A stretch of DNA of 64,000 nt. It comes from Eledone cirrhosa (taxonomy: Eukaryota). The stretch's first letter is position 1. Every line of letters begins with the position of its first letter. Positions 1-12,100 of this stretch are shown piece by piece. The notes beneath the pieces are model-generated. The model was not told the origin of the DNA and searched no databases. It worked only from the letters and a program-made list of their open reading frames with translations. Both the position numbers and the translations under genes were made by a program. Location: positions 295,616,001 through 295,680,000 of the forward strand of contig OZ024741.1 of assembly GCA_964016885.1 (NCBI GenBank). The letters run 5' to 3'.

Positions 1-22
1 TATATGGTATAACCCACCATAT

Positions 23-673
23 ATGGAGGTGGCCACACCATTAGCTAAGATCTTTCTATCCCTTATTACGAAGCATTTTCCCCCTACACATAAATATAGT
101 AACATTTTTAATAGAAATACTATTAAAATTTCTTACTCTACGACTCCTAACCTTGCACATAACATCACCGCTTCAAACTTAGCTAAACTACCTAGCCGTA
201 GGAACACGTGCAACCCTGTAGTTAGTACTAACTGTAATTGTAGGAATCGGGTTGATTGCCCCCTATCCGGGAAATGCCTCTCTAGTAACATTGTCTACAA
301 ATGTAAGGTTGAAACACCCACGTCCCGTAGGGCCTACATAGTGTTAACCGCCAATAGATTCAAGCAGCGTCTTTAGATGCATATCCATTCTTTTCGTTAC
401 CCTCTAAGAAGGAATATGACGTCACTTTCAGCTTATATCTGGAGTCTAAAAGACAACCACACCCAATATAAGTTACACTGGGAGATCCTAGCTAGGGCTA
501 GATCGTATAACGGAAATAAAAGATCATGTCACCTCTGCGCCGCTGAGGCCCTGGAAATACTCTACACCACAGACCACATCTTAAACAAAAAATCTGAGGC
601 AATTTCGGCTTGTAAACATAAATTGCACAAAACTTTCCTGTATTACAGCCCCACATTATACCCTAACGGATAG
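23..673 (+). pseudogene. Penelope-like GIY-YIG endonuclease C-terminus, disrupted
   Basis: ORFs 23-376 and 377-673 are in one frame, separated by a TAG. Motifs: KHFP..HKY..IFNRNTIKISYS, CNC....CPL.GKC, IVYKC...YIVLT (GIY-YIG with YIG>YIV), FKQR, C.LC..E, LNKKSE...CKH. Confidence 0.88.
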
Positions 674-1242
674 TACGATCTATACGCGGATATTTTACGT
701 CTTGATGTGGTAGCTAAGTATATGTTATCTTTATACCATTACTTATTTGCATAGGTAAGTATATATTACCTGTATGTTTTGTGAAGGTACGTATACTTTC
801 TCGTACGTATATTTGATTGTATATGTTATGGCGTATATTTTATATATTCTGGTACATATGCTTTTGGTTATGTGTATACTTGAGTTTTGCGTCTGTGTGA
901 GTATGCGGGTTGAGTACGTATGTAGGGTGTGTGTATATGTGTACTTCGTGTTTTGGTTGACGTACGTCTCCGAACATATGTGTATTTACATGTAGGTATG
1001 TGTGTGCGCTTGTTATATACGTATTTATTTAATTATATACGTTTATTTAATTATTTGTATACACGCACACACACACATTTATATGTGCGTGTATTTGTAT
1101 ACCTATGGCGAGTGTTTTCGCCTATGCTTGTGTATGTACGTGTATGGATGCGTGTATGCATATTTATTTAATTTCAATTACCTCTGTATTTTATTTACTT
1201 TATTCTTAACTCTGAAGCCGAGAATCATTCTGTTTCCTAGTT

Positions 1243-1525
1243 AGAATTTTAGTCTACGACTTCAGTTATACCATTTACGTGGTTTTGTGTTTGCGTGCAA
1301 TTGTTCTCCACGCTCCAGATATGACGTATTATCTTCGTTTTTTTTCGTTCATTGCCAGAGAACGTCTCTATGAACCACTTAATAGAATATTAGTCCACGA
1401 CTTCTTTTATACCATAAACGTGGTTTTGTCTTTGCTTGTAATTGTTTTTCACCGCTCTAAATAATGACGTATTATATTCGTTTTTTCCCGTTCTTTGCCA
1501 GGGAACGTTTCCACGAACCAGAGTA
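1243..1525 (+). repeat. Diverged ~140-bp tandem duplication in the Penelope 3' UTR
   Basis: tagtc(t/c)acgacttc...gtggttttgt...atgacgtatt...ttgccag.gaacg occurs twice, at ~1250 and ~1391. Confidence 0.75.
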
Positions 1526-1582
1526 TCGTCTTCCTGTCTTCCTCCGGTTGCAACGTTTTTTGAAATATTCACTTCTGCGTTC

Positions 1583-1658
1583 ACAGATTGACTTTGTTAG
1601 TTTCAGAAGATCCCGTTAAGGGTGAAAGCAGCGATTCTTTGCTTAAACTTTAATCTGT
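1583..1658 (+). ncRNA. Type I hammerhead ribozyme (U4>A core variant)
   Basis: Stem I agttt/aaact plus distal acagattg/taatctgt; core CAGAAGA; stem II ccc-gttaa-ggg; GAAA; stem III agca/tgct; CUU site at 1642-1644. Confidence 0.65.
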
Positions 1659-1756
1659 TATTTTAATAAATATTTGCTCTACGGTTCTTATATATTTGAT
1701 ATATATTTATCCTTATCGAGCCCTCTTTGGATTTTCGTCTTCAAATTTATTATTAT

Positions 1757-1832
<76 letters not shown>

Positions 1833-1869
1833 ATATACATATATATACATATATATATATATCCGGTCT

Positions 1870-2420
1870 ATAAAGTGGTCGTGTAGGTGTCACGATAAAA
1901 GCACCCAGTCCACACTGTAAAGGGCCATGCAGGCGTCATGACAAAAAACACCCAGTCCACACTGGTAACTAGTCGTGTTGGCGACACCACAAAAAGTGCC
2001 CAGCCCTCAGGGTAAAGTGATCGTGTAGGTGTCATGACAAAAAGCACCCATCACACACTGTAAATGTGGTTGGCACTAGGAAGGGCCAGCCTGTCCTAAC
2101 CACTGGGGTCAGGTGACTATGTCTTGCTCACACAGAACTATTTCTGGCTTGGTTTCTACAGCTGGATGCCCTTCCTAATGCCAACCACATTTACAGTGTG
2201 TACTAGGTGCTTTTTGTCATGCCTCCTACACTACCACTTTACAGTGTGAACTGGGTGCTTTTTGTCATGATGCCTACATGACCACTTTGCAGTGTGGGCT
2301 GGGTGCTTTTTTGTCATGTCACCATCAAAACCACTTTAGTGTGGGCTTTGTGCTTTTTTGCCATGTATGCTACAGCCTGTCCGCATGAGAGATGTATTGG
2401 AGGGAGGTGTGGAGGTAATG
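1870..2420. mobile_element. Two oppositely oriented RTE-type 3' tails with internal ~47-bp subrepeats
   Basis: + copy ...actgtaaatgtggttggcactaggaaggg (to ~2090); - copy gcccttcctaatgccaaccacatttacagtg... The same tail occurs at ~18.9 kb and ~51.2 kb. Confidence 0.7.
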
Positions 2421-2654
2421 CATACTATATATATGATATATATGTATGCTTTAGATTCAGCCTGTGCCCGTGGGAAGGCAGGTCTTCTATATTACTGCAT
2501 AACTCCAGAGATCCATGTTCTGTGTCATTGTAAACAAATTTGAAATACAGTTGGGAAAAGGTTAAAACTTTATGGAAGACTAGACATACAATTAAAGAAT
2601 TTATTGATAATAAAGATATGTGTAGTGACTAAAACATATTTTGCTTGACTACTA

Positions 2655-3045
2655 AAATAATTGTTTCTACTTTTGGCACAAAGCCAGCAATTACCCAGTG
2701 CATTACTGGTACTTTATTTTATCGACCACGTAAGGATGAAAGGCTAAGTTAACCTCGGCGAGATTTGAACTCAGTCTGTAAAGGGACGTAACTATGCTGC
2801 AAAGCATAGAGTCCGACCCTCTACCGACACTGCCAAATGTTGTAGGAATACAACTAAAGCTTATAAGTTTAATAATTGTTTCTACTTTAGGCACAAGGCC
2901 AGCAAATACCCAGTACATTACTGGTACTTTATTTTATCGACCCCGTAAGGCAAAGTTAACCTCGGCAGGATTTGAACTCAGACTGTAAAGGGACGTAAGT
3001 ATGCTATGGCGTCCAACCCTCTACCGATACTGCCAATTCACCGCT
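2655..3045 (-). mobile_element. Two tandem tRNA-derived SINE copies
   Basis: Minus strand has A-box-like TGGCAGTATCGG and B-box GAGTTCAAATC, central gcctttcatcct..ggtcgataaaataaagtaccag, and tail ttgtgcc..aagtagaaacaattatt. Multiple copies in the window. Confidence 0.85.
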
Positions 3046-3355
3046 TATAAGTTTAATAATACTTATTAATTAAAATAACAACAATTATAAGATCAACATT
3101 AATAGAATATATTAAGAAGAACGATACAAAAATTATGGAAGCTTAATTCAGTAATATGTACACACACATATATATATATACACACGTATATATACGTGTG
3201 TGTGTATATATATATATACATATATATATATACATATATATACATATATACTATACCAGCTGTGACCAATTGGGTCACATTCACTTTAAAATAATTTTTA
3301 AATAATTAAAATATTCACAGACTTGTATATAATATAAAATGAAGTTGGATGGCCC

Positions 3356-3388
<33 letters not shown>

Positions 3389-3764
3389 CATATATATATA
3401 TGTGGGTATCTGTGACCTATGTACACTGATCACAGACACACACACACATATATATTTATATACACACATATATATATACACACTCACATATATATATATA
3501 TACACACACATATAACGCATACACACATATATATATATACACACACACACATATATATATACGCTAACACACACATATATATATATATAAAAATACAATA
3601 TGTTGAAAAGGTAACACACTAGAGAGAGATATACAGTGCGCTATCAATAAAACAGGGGGAAAAACCACCAGTGTATGGAATCTATAACCTATGAAAGGCA
3701 GACTATAGACACGATAATTAAAAATATAAATTAAAGCGTAAATAAATACCTCTATAACTATATA

Positions 3765-3846
3765 ATACACGTACAAATCCAAAGAGATCTGTTTCGCCAG
3801 TAATTTGTTGACAGAAATGGAATAACCTCGGTTCCTCAGCGTGTGT
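3765..3846 (-). ncRNA. Type I hammerhead ribozyme (inverted copy)
   Basis: Reverse complement of 4219-4300, with one stem I change. Confidence 0.7.
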
Positions 3847-4218
3847 AAGGCCATACATTTCAGACAACACTAAGAGAATTTTAAAAGTGTCTGTTCAGCT
3901 ACACGTGGGAGAGAGAAGTCACAGCGTGTTTAAGGGCAGTGAACCAGTGGCCTCTGAGGGACGAACTGCTAGAAAGAGCTCAGGATTTCTTCTCCTTTGA
4001 GCACATTATTTACAGGGAATAGCGAGGGCCTATGGCTCCGTTAATTTATCGTGATATTTCGCTCCTTATAACAGTCTTTCCTATCTCTCTGTTTGGTTGA
4101 GCACACTTCTCTGAGTGGTTTTGGGCTGCCCTTAAACACGTTATGACTTCTCTCTGCCACGTGTAGCTGGACAGTCACTTTTAAAATTCTCTTAGTGTTG
4201 TCTGAAATGTATGGCCTT

Positions 4219-4300
4219 ACACACGCTGAGGAACCGAGGTTATTCCATTTCTGTCAACAAATTACTGGCGAAACAGATCTCTTTGGATTTGTACGTGTGT
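4219..4300 (+). ncRNA. Type I hammerhead ribozyme
   Basis: acacacg-CTGAGGA-(imperfect stem II, acc..ggc)-GAAA-cagatc/gatttg-TA-cgtgtgt. 7-bp stem I, 7-bp stem III, GUA site at 4291-4293. Confidence 0.75.
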
Positions 4301-4551
4301 TATATAGTTATAGAGGTATTTATTTACGCTTTAATTTATACTTTTAATTATCGTGTCTATAGTCTGCTTTCATAGGTTATAGATTCCATACACTGGTGGT
4401 TTTTCCCCCTGTTTTATTGATAGCGCACTGTATATCTCTCTCTAGTGTGTTACCTTTTCAACATATTGTATTTTAAAGAGCTCAGGATTTCTTCTCCTTT
4501 GAGCACATTATTTACAGGGAATGGCGAGCGCCTATGGCTCCGTTAATTTAT

Positions 4552-4642
<91 letters not shown>

Positions 4643-5067
4643 ACAACACCACCAGCTCTCTCTCTCCCATTTTACTTCTCTCTCAATCTATTCTCTCACA
4701 ATAACTATCTCTTTCTCCTACCTTTCTCTCTATTTTAGAAGGTACCCGGAAAAGCTCAGTATCTAGAGAACATGTGCTCCTATTTACGTGAAACTTGTTT
4801 TATTCCATTTGTATTCCCATTTCAGGAGCAACTTCCTTTCAAAGTATTTTCCCATTATGCACCGTTTTGGCTGTATTAAATTACAGACAAGCACGCAATC
4901 ATATACATCTATATTACAGACAAGCACGCAATCACATACATCTATATTACAGATAAGCACGCAATCACATACATCTATATACTACTAAGAGTTTTAGTAG
5001 TATATAGATGTATGTGTATATCTATATCTAAACACACACACCTGAGACAAACTTTAAATTTGAATGT

Positions 5068-5400
5068 ATGTGGTTTAAAGGTTATGGTATTCAATTCACA
5101 ATGGTAAGTTCATAAGTTTGATTCCCAGTTAAGGTAGTGCATTGTGTGCTTGACGAAGACACTTTATTTTATGTTGCTCCAGTCAATTTAGCTGGCAAAA
5201 TTGAGTCAAGGGACCCACCTCGTCACACATTGCGTCATGCTGAATCTCCCTGAGAACTATCTCAAAGATGCACGGGTCTGTGAAATGCTCAGCTATTTAC
5301 ATGTTAATTTTTCACAAGTAGGCAGTTCTGTTGATTGAATAAACTGATGCACTTGTCACTGGAAACAACGGAAGTCTATCAACAACAGTCAAGCGCTGAG
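5068..5400 (+). mobile_element. Degenerate tRNA-derived SINE, second family
   Basis: B-box-like gtttgattccc, then gtgcttgacgaagacactttattttatgttgctccagt. Related to minus-strand copies at ~50.8 and ~57.1 kb. Confidence 0.6.
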
Positions 5401-5407
5401 TTTGATG

Positions 5408-5668
5408 TCAACAACAACAATGATGATGATGATGATGATGATGATGGTAGTGGTGATGATGATGATGATATTGATGATGATATCGATGATGGCAATAGTA
5501 GTGATGATGATGATGATACTGGTGATGATGCTGATGGTAGTGGTGATGACAATGATGATATTGATGATATCGATGATGATGATGATGATAGCGATGATGA
5601 TGCTGATAGTGGTGATGATGTTGATGACAATGACAACAACAACAATAATTATCATTATCATCATTGCT
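5408..5668. repeat. (GAT/AAC)n low-complexity tract
   Basis: Degenerate trinucleotide repeats. Confidence 0.9.
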
Positions 5669-6459
5669 ACTGAGAAAAATGATAAGACACACATGCACAA
5701 ACACAAACACACAGCCATTCAATACATTTATCTATTTAACAAACAAATGTCTTCTCCCCCCCCCCCCCCCCCCACTCACATCCACTTCACTCCCTTTCCT
5801 CCTCTTCATTGTCAAATGATAAAAGAATAGAAGACAAGTTCACTTGTAAGGAAGCGCAGCGACAGCCAATTTGTATGTTGTCAACAATAGTAGCTGCACC
5901 AGACTAGATTCTATGTAAACACTACATTAAGTACTTCCAATCAAAACATGTAACATCCTTGTACATTATTATGGAAGATGGTTCATATTGTACAAGTCAG
6001 ACAAACTCGATAAAATCATTACCATCATCATCATCATCATCATCATTTTATGGCTGCTTTCTATGCTGGTATGGGTTGGATGGATTGTTATGATCTATAA
6101 CCACTTGAGTCAGAATGACCCTCTTCTTGTTTAGAGATGTTCCATATTTGGTATCATTTCTATGGTTGTAACAAATACAATTGCTCTCAGTTGCATATTT
6201 CCTTCTTGCTGTTTACATGATGTACATACTTTCAGATGAGGAACCCAACTCACAGTATTTAACAATTTTGTCAATTTACAGGGAAACACGAATATTTCAT
6301 GTGTTAACATGTCTATAAACATAAACTGGTATCAATGTATTACAGATTAGAGTTTATACAGAAACTTGCCCAAGATAACAACTACAATTGCTCAAAGGCA
6401 GATATGATTTGCAGAACATTACTGGAGAAGTAAGCAGGAAGTTATACACAAGCTACTAT

Positions 6460-6633
6460 TGTGGGAACCAACTAACAGGAGACATAGTAGAGGAAGACCT
6501 GCTTGAACAATCATCAATCAACTCTTAAATTTTACAAACCTCATTAGGGAGCAGTTGCCAGGAGCAATGGAAGATCATGAAATGTGGAGAGACTTTATCA
6601 AGAATGTTTGACTGTGGTTGGAATGATGATGAT
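6460..6633 (+). mobile_element. Decayed RTE-like LINE 3' end
   Basis: Translates WEP..RGRPA..INQL..AMEDHEMWR and ends in a (GAT)n tail. Confidence 0.5.
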
Positions 6634-7047
6634 ACCTTTTCTAATACCTTTTTCATGGCACCAGCACTATCATTGTACAGAATGGTCTGAGTGCATTTTA
6701 TCATGGCACTAACACTAACACCCTACAGGGTATACAGGAAGCATGTTATAGCGGCATCTGCACAAGAGAAATTATTATATGCTTGTCCAGACTAAAGAGT
6801 CTTTTTAGACTCTATATTGTCTCTGTTTTGTTGTCTGACACTGCAACCTCCAGTTGCTTGTTGGATTTACTTTTAGTGTTACAGTGGATGGGTGTTTTGT
6901 ATCATGGCATGCCAGCTGGTTCTTGTATCACCTTCTTCATGTGATTCAGTTTCTAGAGGTTTTTCTTCATGACTTTGTCCCATGTCTCCCAAGGTTCCAT
7001 CCACTTTAAGCACTTGGTACATTTTCATAGAAGTTTGAATACATATA

Positions 7048-7152
7048 TAATTGTTTCTACTTTTGGCACAAGGCCAGCAATTACCCAGTACATTACTGGT
7101 ACTTTATTTTATCGACCCCATAAGGATGAAAGGCAAAGTTAACCTTGGCGGG
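7048..7152 (-). mobile_element. Partial SINE (family of 2655-3045)
   Basis: Near-identical tail and central domain. Confidence 0.8.
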
Positions 7153-7879
7153 AATACATATATAATATAATCTGTCCTTCACTCTCAGAAAGAAACCTTT
7201 TGTACATATATATATAGGTGTGTATATATATATTGCAAAAGATAAGTTGCTTATACGTGGTTGTTATGTTGTAACTTCATGAGGATAAGCCAGACTGAGC
7301 GATCCAAAAGCATTTCACATCAGTAGTTTATTCCAGCTAAGTGTAGGTGATTAGGAGTGACAGAGTATTTATTTATCAAATAAGAGTAGTTAAGATGGGC
7401 TTATCTCACCATAATTGCTTTATTACATGATTTATATTTCTGTTACATGGTTATCTATGTGATTTCATCAGATGCTTGTACAATCATAGATGTAGTTATG
7501 CAATCATTGGGATATGTCGCTGGTCATGTATTACTATCCAGTTGTGATGCCAGCAGACATATGTCTGCTCCTCTGGACTCTGCATGCAAAGAAACAAGTT
7601 GACCAGCTGTATATCACCTTGAAACCAATCATCGAGATGGACACAGGCCCCAAAGGAATGGATCTGCATGCTACAATGACGGCCGAAGACTCTGGAGCTC
7701 AAACTTTGTCATCAGCACAACCTCAAGGTATCAGATGACTCAAGAAGAAGAAGTTTCCACATCAGTGGAAGACATGATATTGGCCAAAAGTTGTCAACTG
7801 CATTCCTTTTTACAGATCTTTCAAGCAAAGGGTAATTCTATGATAGATCATCTAGCTTGGTATTGGTTTAATACTGTTT

Positions 7880-8035
7880 ATAATTATTGTGTTCTGAGTT
7901 CAAATCCTGCCAAGGTTAGCTTTTCCTTTCTTCCCTACGAGGGCGATAAAATAAAGTACCAGAGAGTACTGGGGTCGATTTAATCAACTTTCCCCTCCCC
8001 TTACAATTGCTGGTCTAGTGCCTATAGTAGAAATC
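7880..8035 (+). mobile_element. SINE (family of 2655-3045)
   Basis: ctgagttcaaatcctgccaagg...gataaaataaagtaccag...tagtagaaatc. Confidence 0.75.
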
Positions 8036-8237
8036 ATCATCATCATCAGTAATAGTAGTAGTGGTGGTTGTGGTGGTGGTAGTAGTAGTAGTAGTAGGAG
8101 GAGGAGGAGCAGCAGCAGAAGCAGCAGCAGTAGTAGTAGTAGTAGCCTGTTAAGTAATGGGGTCAATGTTAAAAAAAAATGTTTCAATGTGCAAAGCCAA
8201 CTTTTTGAATTATATTCATATATGTGCATGTGTGTAC

Positions 8238-8363
8238 CAGGGGCGAAGGGTGCGTGCAACGCATGCAGTGCATGCGTTATTAGAATCTTGAGTTGATCAA
8301 TTGCGTCGGTTGAAGCAAGCAGAATTTTGGCTGCTTACTAAATCGTAGACACATAAAAAGATA

Positions 8364-8397
<34 letters not shown>

Positions 8398-8615
8398 GGC
8401 AGCGTCAGTTGAAGCAAGCAGAATTTTGGCTGCTTACTAAATCGTAGACACAAAAAGATAACACACACACACACACACACACAAGATAACACTACATGCG
8501 GCTTTGACCGAGAGAGCCATTTAGAGGGAATGAGGGGGGTAAGGCTTCAGAGCCCCACTTTCCGCCATGGCGATTGGACTGCATACCCTGCTTTCCAGAT
8601 TACCCTTCGCCACTG
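8238..8615. mobile_element. hAT-type MITE
   Basis: 14-bp TIRs CAGGGGCGAAGGGT / ACCCTTCGCCACTG (1 mismatch); perfect 8-bp TSD GTGTGTAC at 8230-8237 and 8616-8623; internal ~99-bp tandem duplication. Confidence 0.85.
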
Positions 8616-8616
8616 G

Positions 8617-8647
<31 letters not shown>

Positions 8648-9129
8648 GATTAGAGCAAACATCATGGGCGCTCTATCTCAAAATTATTTTTGAAAAGCAT
8701 TAGAAATGCGCAACCGGTAAAACTTAAAACCAAAACTGAATACTAACCAATACTATTACTAATTCTTACTTCTTCCTAATTAAACTATTTTTCACTGGGA
8801 ACAATTTGTCAGCATTTTCTTTTCCTTTTACCAATATATATATATGTGTGTGTGTGTGTGTACATATACGCACATATTCATATATACACACATACATATA
8901 TGATTTATATATAAACAGAAATATATGTGTGTGTGTAAGTACATGTATATATGTGTGTATGTAAGTAGTTACATATATATATGTGTGTGTGAAATGCATC
9001 AAACTCTACATCTAAAGTGTCAATACAGAGTACATTGGTTCACTGGCAGAAATAGTGTCTTAAGAAAATAGGAAAACATCAACATTTGTTTACTCTAACG
9101 GGATTCCATAGTTGTTAGTTTTGTTTGAT

Positions 9130-12100
9130 ATTGTGTGGTTGATGGTGGTGGTGTTGGTAGTGGTGTTGTGGTTAGTGGAGGTGGTGTGGTGTGGTTGATG
9201 GTGGTGGTGGTGTTGGTAGTGGTGTTGTGGTTAGTGAAGGTGGTGTGGTGTGGTTGATGGTGGTGGTGGTGTTGGTAGTGGTGTTGTGGTTAGTGGAGGT
9301 GGTGTGGTGTGGTTGATGGTGGTGGTGTTGGTAGTGGTGTTGTGGTTAGTGGAGGTGGTGTGGTGTGGTTGATGGTGGTGGTGTTGGTAGTGGTCTTGTG
9401 GTTAGTGGAGGTGGTGTGGTGTGGTTGATGGTGGTGGTGTTGGTAGTAGTTTTGTGGTTAGTGGAGGTGGTGTGGTGTGGTTGATGGTGGTGGTGTTGGT
9501 AGTGGTGTTGTGGTTAGTGGAGGTGGTGTGGTGTGGTTGATGGTCGTGGTGTTGGTAGTGGTGTTGTGGTTAGTTGAGGTGGTGTGGTGTGGTTGATGGT
9601 GGTGGTGTTGGTAGTGTTGTTGTGGTTAGTGGAGGTGGTGTGGTGTGGTTGCTGGTGGTGGTGTTGGTAGTGGTGTTGTGGTTAGTGGAGGTGGTGTCGT
9701 GTGGTTGATGGTGGTGGTGGTGTTGGTAGTGGTGTTGTGGTTAGTGGAGGTGGTGTGGTGTGGTTGATGGTGGTGGTGGTGTTGGTAGTGGTGTTGTGGT
9801 TAGTGGAGGTGGTGTGGTGTGGTTGATGGTGGTGGTGTTGGTAGTGGTGTTGTGGTTAGTGGAGGTGGTGTGGTGTAGTTGATGGTGGTGGTGGTGTTGG
9901 TAGTGGTGTTGTGGTTAGTGGAGGTGGTGTGCTGTGGTTGATGGTGGTGGTGTTGGTAGTGGTGTTGTGGTTAGTGGGGGTGGTGTGGTGTGGTTGATGG
10001 TGGTGGTGGCGTTGGTAGTGGTGTTGTGGTTAGTGGAGGTGGTGTGGTGTGGTTGATGGTGGTGGTGTTGGTAGTGGTGTTGTGGTTAGTGGAGGTGGTG
10101 TGGTGTGGTTGATGGTGGTGGTGGTGTTGGTAGTGGTGTTTTGGTTAGTGGAGTTTGTGTGGTGTGGTTGTTGGTGGTGGTGGTGTTGGTAGTGGTGTTG
10201 TGGTTAGTGGAGGTGGTGTGGTGTGGTTGATGGTGGTGGTGTTGGTAGTGGTGTTGTGGTTAGTGGAGGTGGTGTGGTGTGGTTGATGGTGGCGGTGGTG
10301 TTGGTAGTGGTGTTGTGGTTAGTGGAGGTGGTGTGCTGTGGTTGATGGTGTGGTGTGGTTGATGGTGGTGGTGGTGTTGGTAGTGGTGTTGTGGTTAGTG
10401 GAGGTGGTGTGGTGTGGTTGATGGTGGTGGTGTTGGTAGTGGTGTTGTGGTTAGTGGAGGTGGTGTGGTGTGGTTGATGGTGGTGGTGGTGTTGGTAGTG
10501 GTGTTGTGGTTAGTGGAGGTGGTGTGGTGTGGTTGATGGTGGTGGTGGTGTTGGTAGTGGTGTTGTGGTTAGTGGAGGTGGTGTGGTGTGGTTGATGGTG
10601 GTGGTGGTGTTGGTAGTGGTGTTGTGGTTAGTGGAGGTGGTGTGGTGTGGTTGATGGTGGTGGTGTTGGTAGTGGTGTTGTGGTTAGTGGAGGTGGTGTG
10701 GTGTAGTTGATGGTGGTGGTGGTGTTGGTAGTGGTGTTGTGGTTAGTGGAGGTGGTGTGCTGTGGTTGATGGTGGTGGTGTTGGTAGTGGTGTTGTGGTT
10801 AGTGGGGGTGGTGTGGTGTGGTTGATGGTGGTGGTGGCGTTGGTAGTGGTGTTGTGGTTAGTGGAGGTGGTGTGGTGTGGTTGATGGTGGTGGTGGTGTT
10901 GGTAGTGGTGTTGTGGTTAGTGGAGGTGGTGTGGTGTGGTTGATGGTGGTGGTGTTGGTAGTGGTGTTGTGGTTAGTGGAGGTGGTGTGCTGTGGTTGAT
11001 GGTGGTGGTGTTGGTAGTGGTGTTGTGGTTAGTGGAGGTGGTGTGGTGTGGTTGATGGTGGTGGTGGTGTTGGTAGTGGTGTTGTGGTTAGTGAAGGTGG
11101 TGTGGTGTGGTTGATGGTGGTGGTGGTGTTGGTAGTGGTGTTGTGGTTAGTGGAGGTGGTGTGGTGTGGTTGATGGTGGTGGTGGTGTTGGTAGTGGTGT
11201 TGTGGTTAGTGAAGGTGGTGTGGTGTGGTTGATGGTGGTGGTGGTGTTGGTAGTGGTGTTGTGGTTAGTGGAGGTGGTGTGGTGTGGTTGATGGTGGTGG
11301 TGTTGGTAGTGGTGTTGTGGTTAGTGGAGGTGGTGTGGTGTGGTTGATGGTGGTGGTGGTGTTGGTAGTGGTGTTGTGGTTAGTGGAGGTGGTGTCGTGT
11401 GGTTGATGGTGGTGGTGGTGTTGGTAGTGGTGTTGTGGTTAGTGGAGGTGGTGTGGTGTGGTTGATGGTGGTGGTGGTGTTGGTAGTGGTGTTGTGGTTA
11501 GTGGAGGTGGTGTGGTGTGGTTGATGGTGGTGGTGTTGGTAGTGGTGTTGTGGTTAGTGGAGGTGGTGTGGTGTAGTTGATGGTGGTGGTGGTGTTGGTA
11601 GTGGTGTTGTGGTTAGTGGAGGTGGTGTGCTGTGGTTGATGGTGGTGGTGTTGGTAGTGGTGTTGTGGTTAGTGGGGGTGGTGTGGTGTGGTTGATGGTG
11701 GTGGTGGCGTTGGTAGTGGTGTTGTGGTTAGTGGAGGTGGTGTGGTGTGGTTGATGGTGGTGGTGGTGTTGGTAGTGGTGTTGTGGTTAGTGGAGGTGGT
11801 GTGGTGTGGTTGATGGTGGTGGTGTTGGTAGTGGTGTTGTGGTTAGTGGAGGTGGTGTGCTGTGGTTGATGGTGGTGGTGTTGGTAGTGGTGTTGTGGTT
11901 AGTGGAGGTGGTGTGGTGAGGTTGATGGTGGTGGTGGTGTTGGTAGTGGTGTTTTGGTTAGTGGAGTTTGTGTGGTGTGGTTGATGGTGGTGGTGGTGTT
12001 GGTAGTGGTGTTGTGGTTAGTGGAGGTGGTGTGGCTGATGGTGGCGGTGGTGTTGGTAGAGGTGTTGTGGTTAGTGGAGGTGGTGTGCTGTGGTTGATGG

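Larger units (their letters stand above)
1..1760 (+). mobile_element. Penelope-like retroelement, 3' part (GIY-YIG region, 3' UTR/pLTR with hammerhead), ending at (TA)n
   Basis: GIY-YIG ORF remnant, then a non-coding tail with a hammerhead fold at 1599-1649, ending TTTATTATTATTACT-(AT)n. Confidence 0.85.
3590..4559 (+). mobile_element. ORF-less Penelope-pLTR/retrozyme-like element A (inverted arm plus partial tandem)
   Basis: Inverted arms 3590-3939 and 4126-4474; direct repeat 3973-4057 and 4475-4559 (offset 502); a hammerhead in each arm; flanked by TA/CA microsatellites. Confidence 0.75.
3251..5008 (-). mobile_element. Non-autonomous Helitron copy, interrupted by the hammerhead element
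   Basis: Homologous to 17924-18380 in reverse. 5' TCTATATACTACTAAAA at 5008; 3' hairpin tgtgacc/ggtcaca at 3261-3279, followed by ATAG. Confidence 0.7.

Noticed and set aside
3950-3984. cct-CTGAGGG...GAAA-gagc-TC-agg as an extra hammerhead
   Set aside because: A9 is missing, there is no stem II, and stem I is only 3 bp.
5335-5830. Poly-Asp/His/Met ORFs
   Set aside because: Translations of a (GAT)n tract, open in many frames, with no exon evidence.
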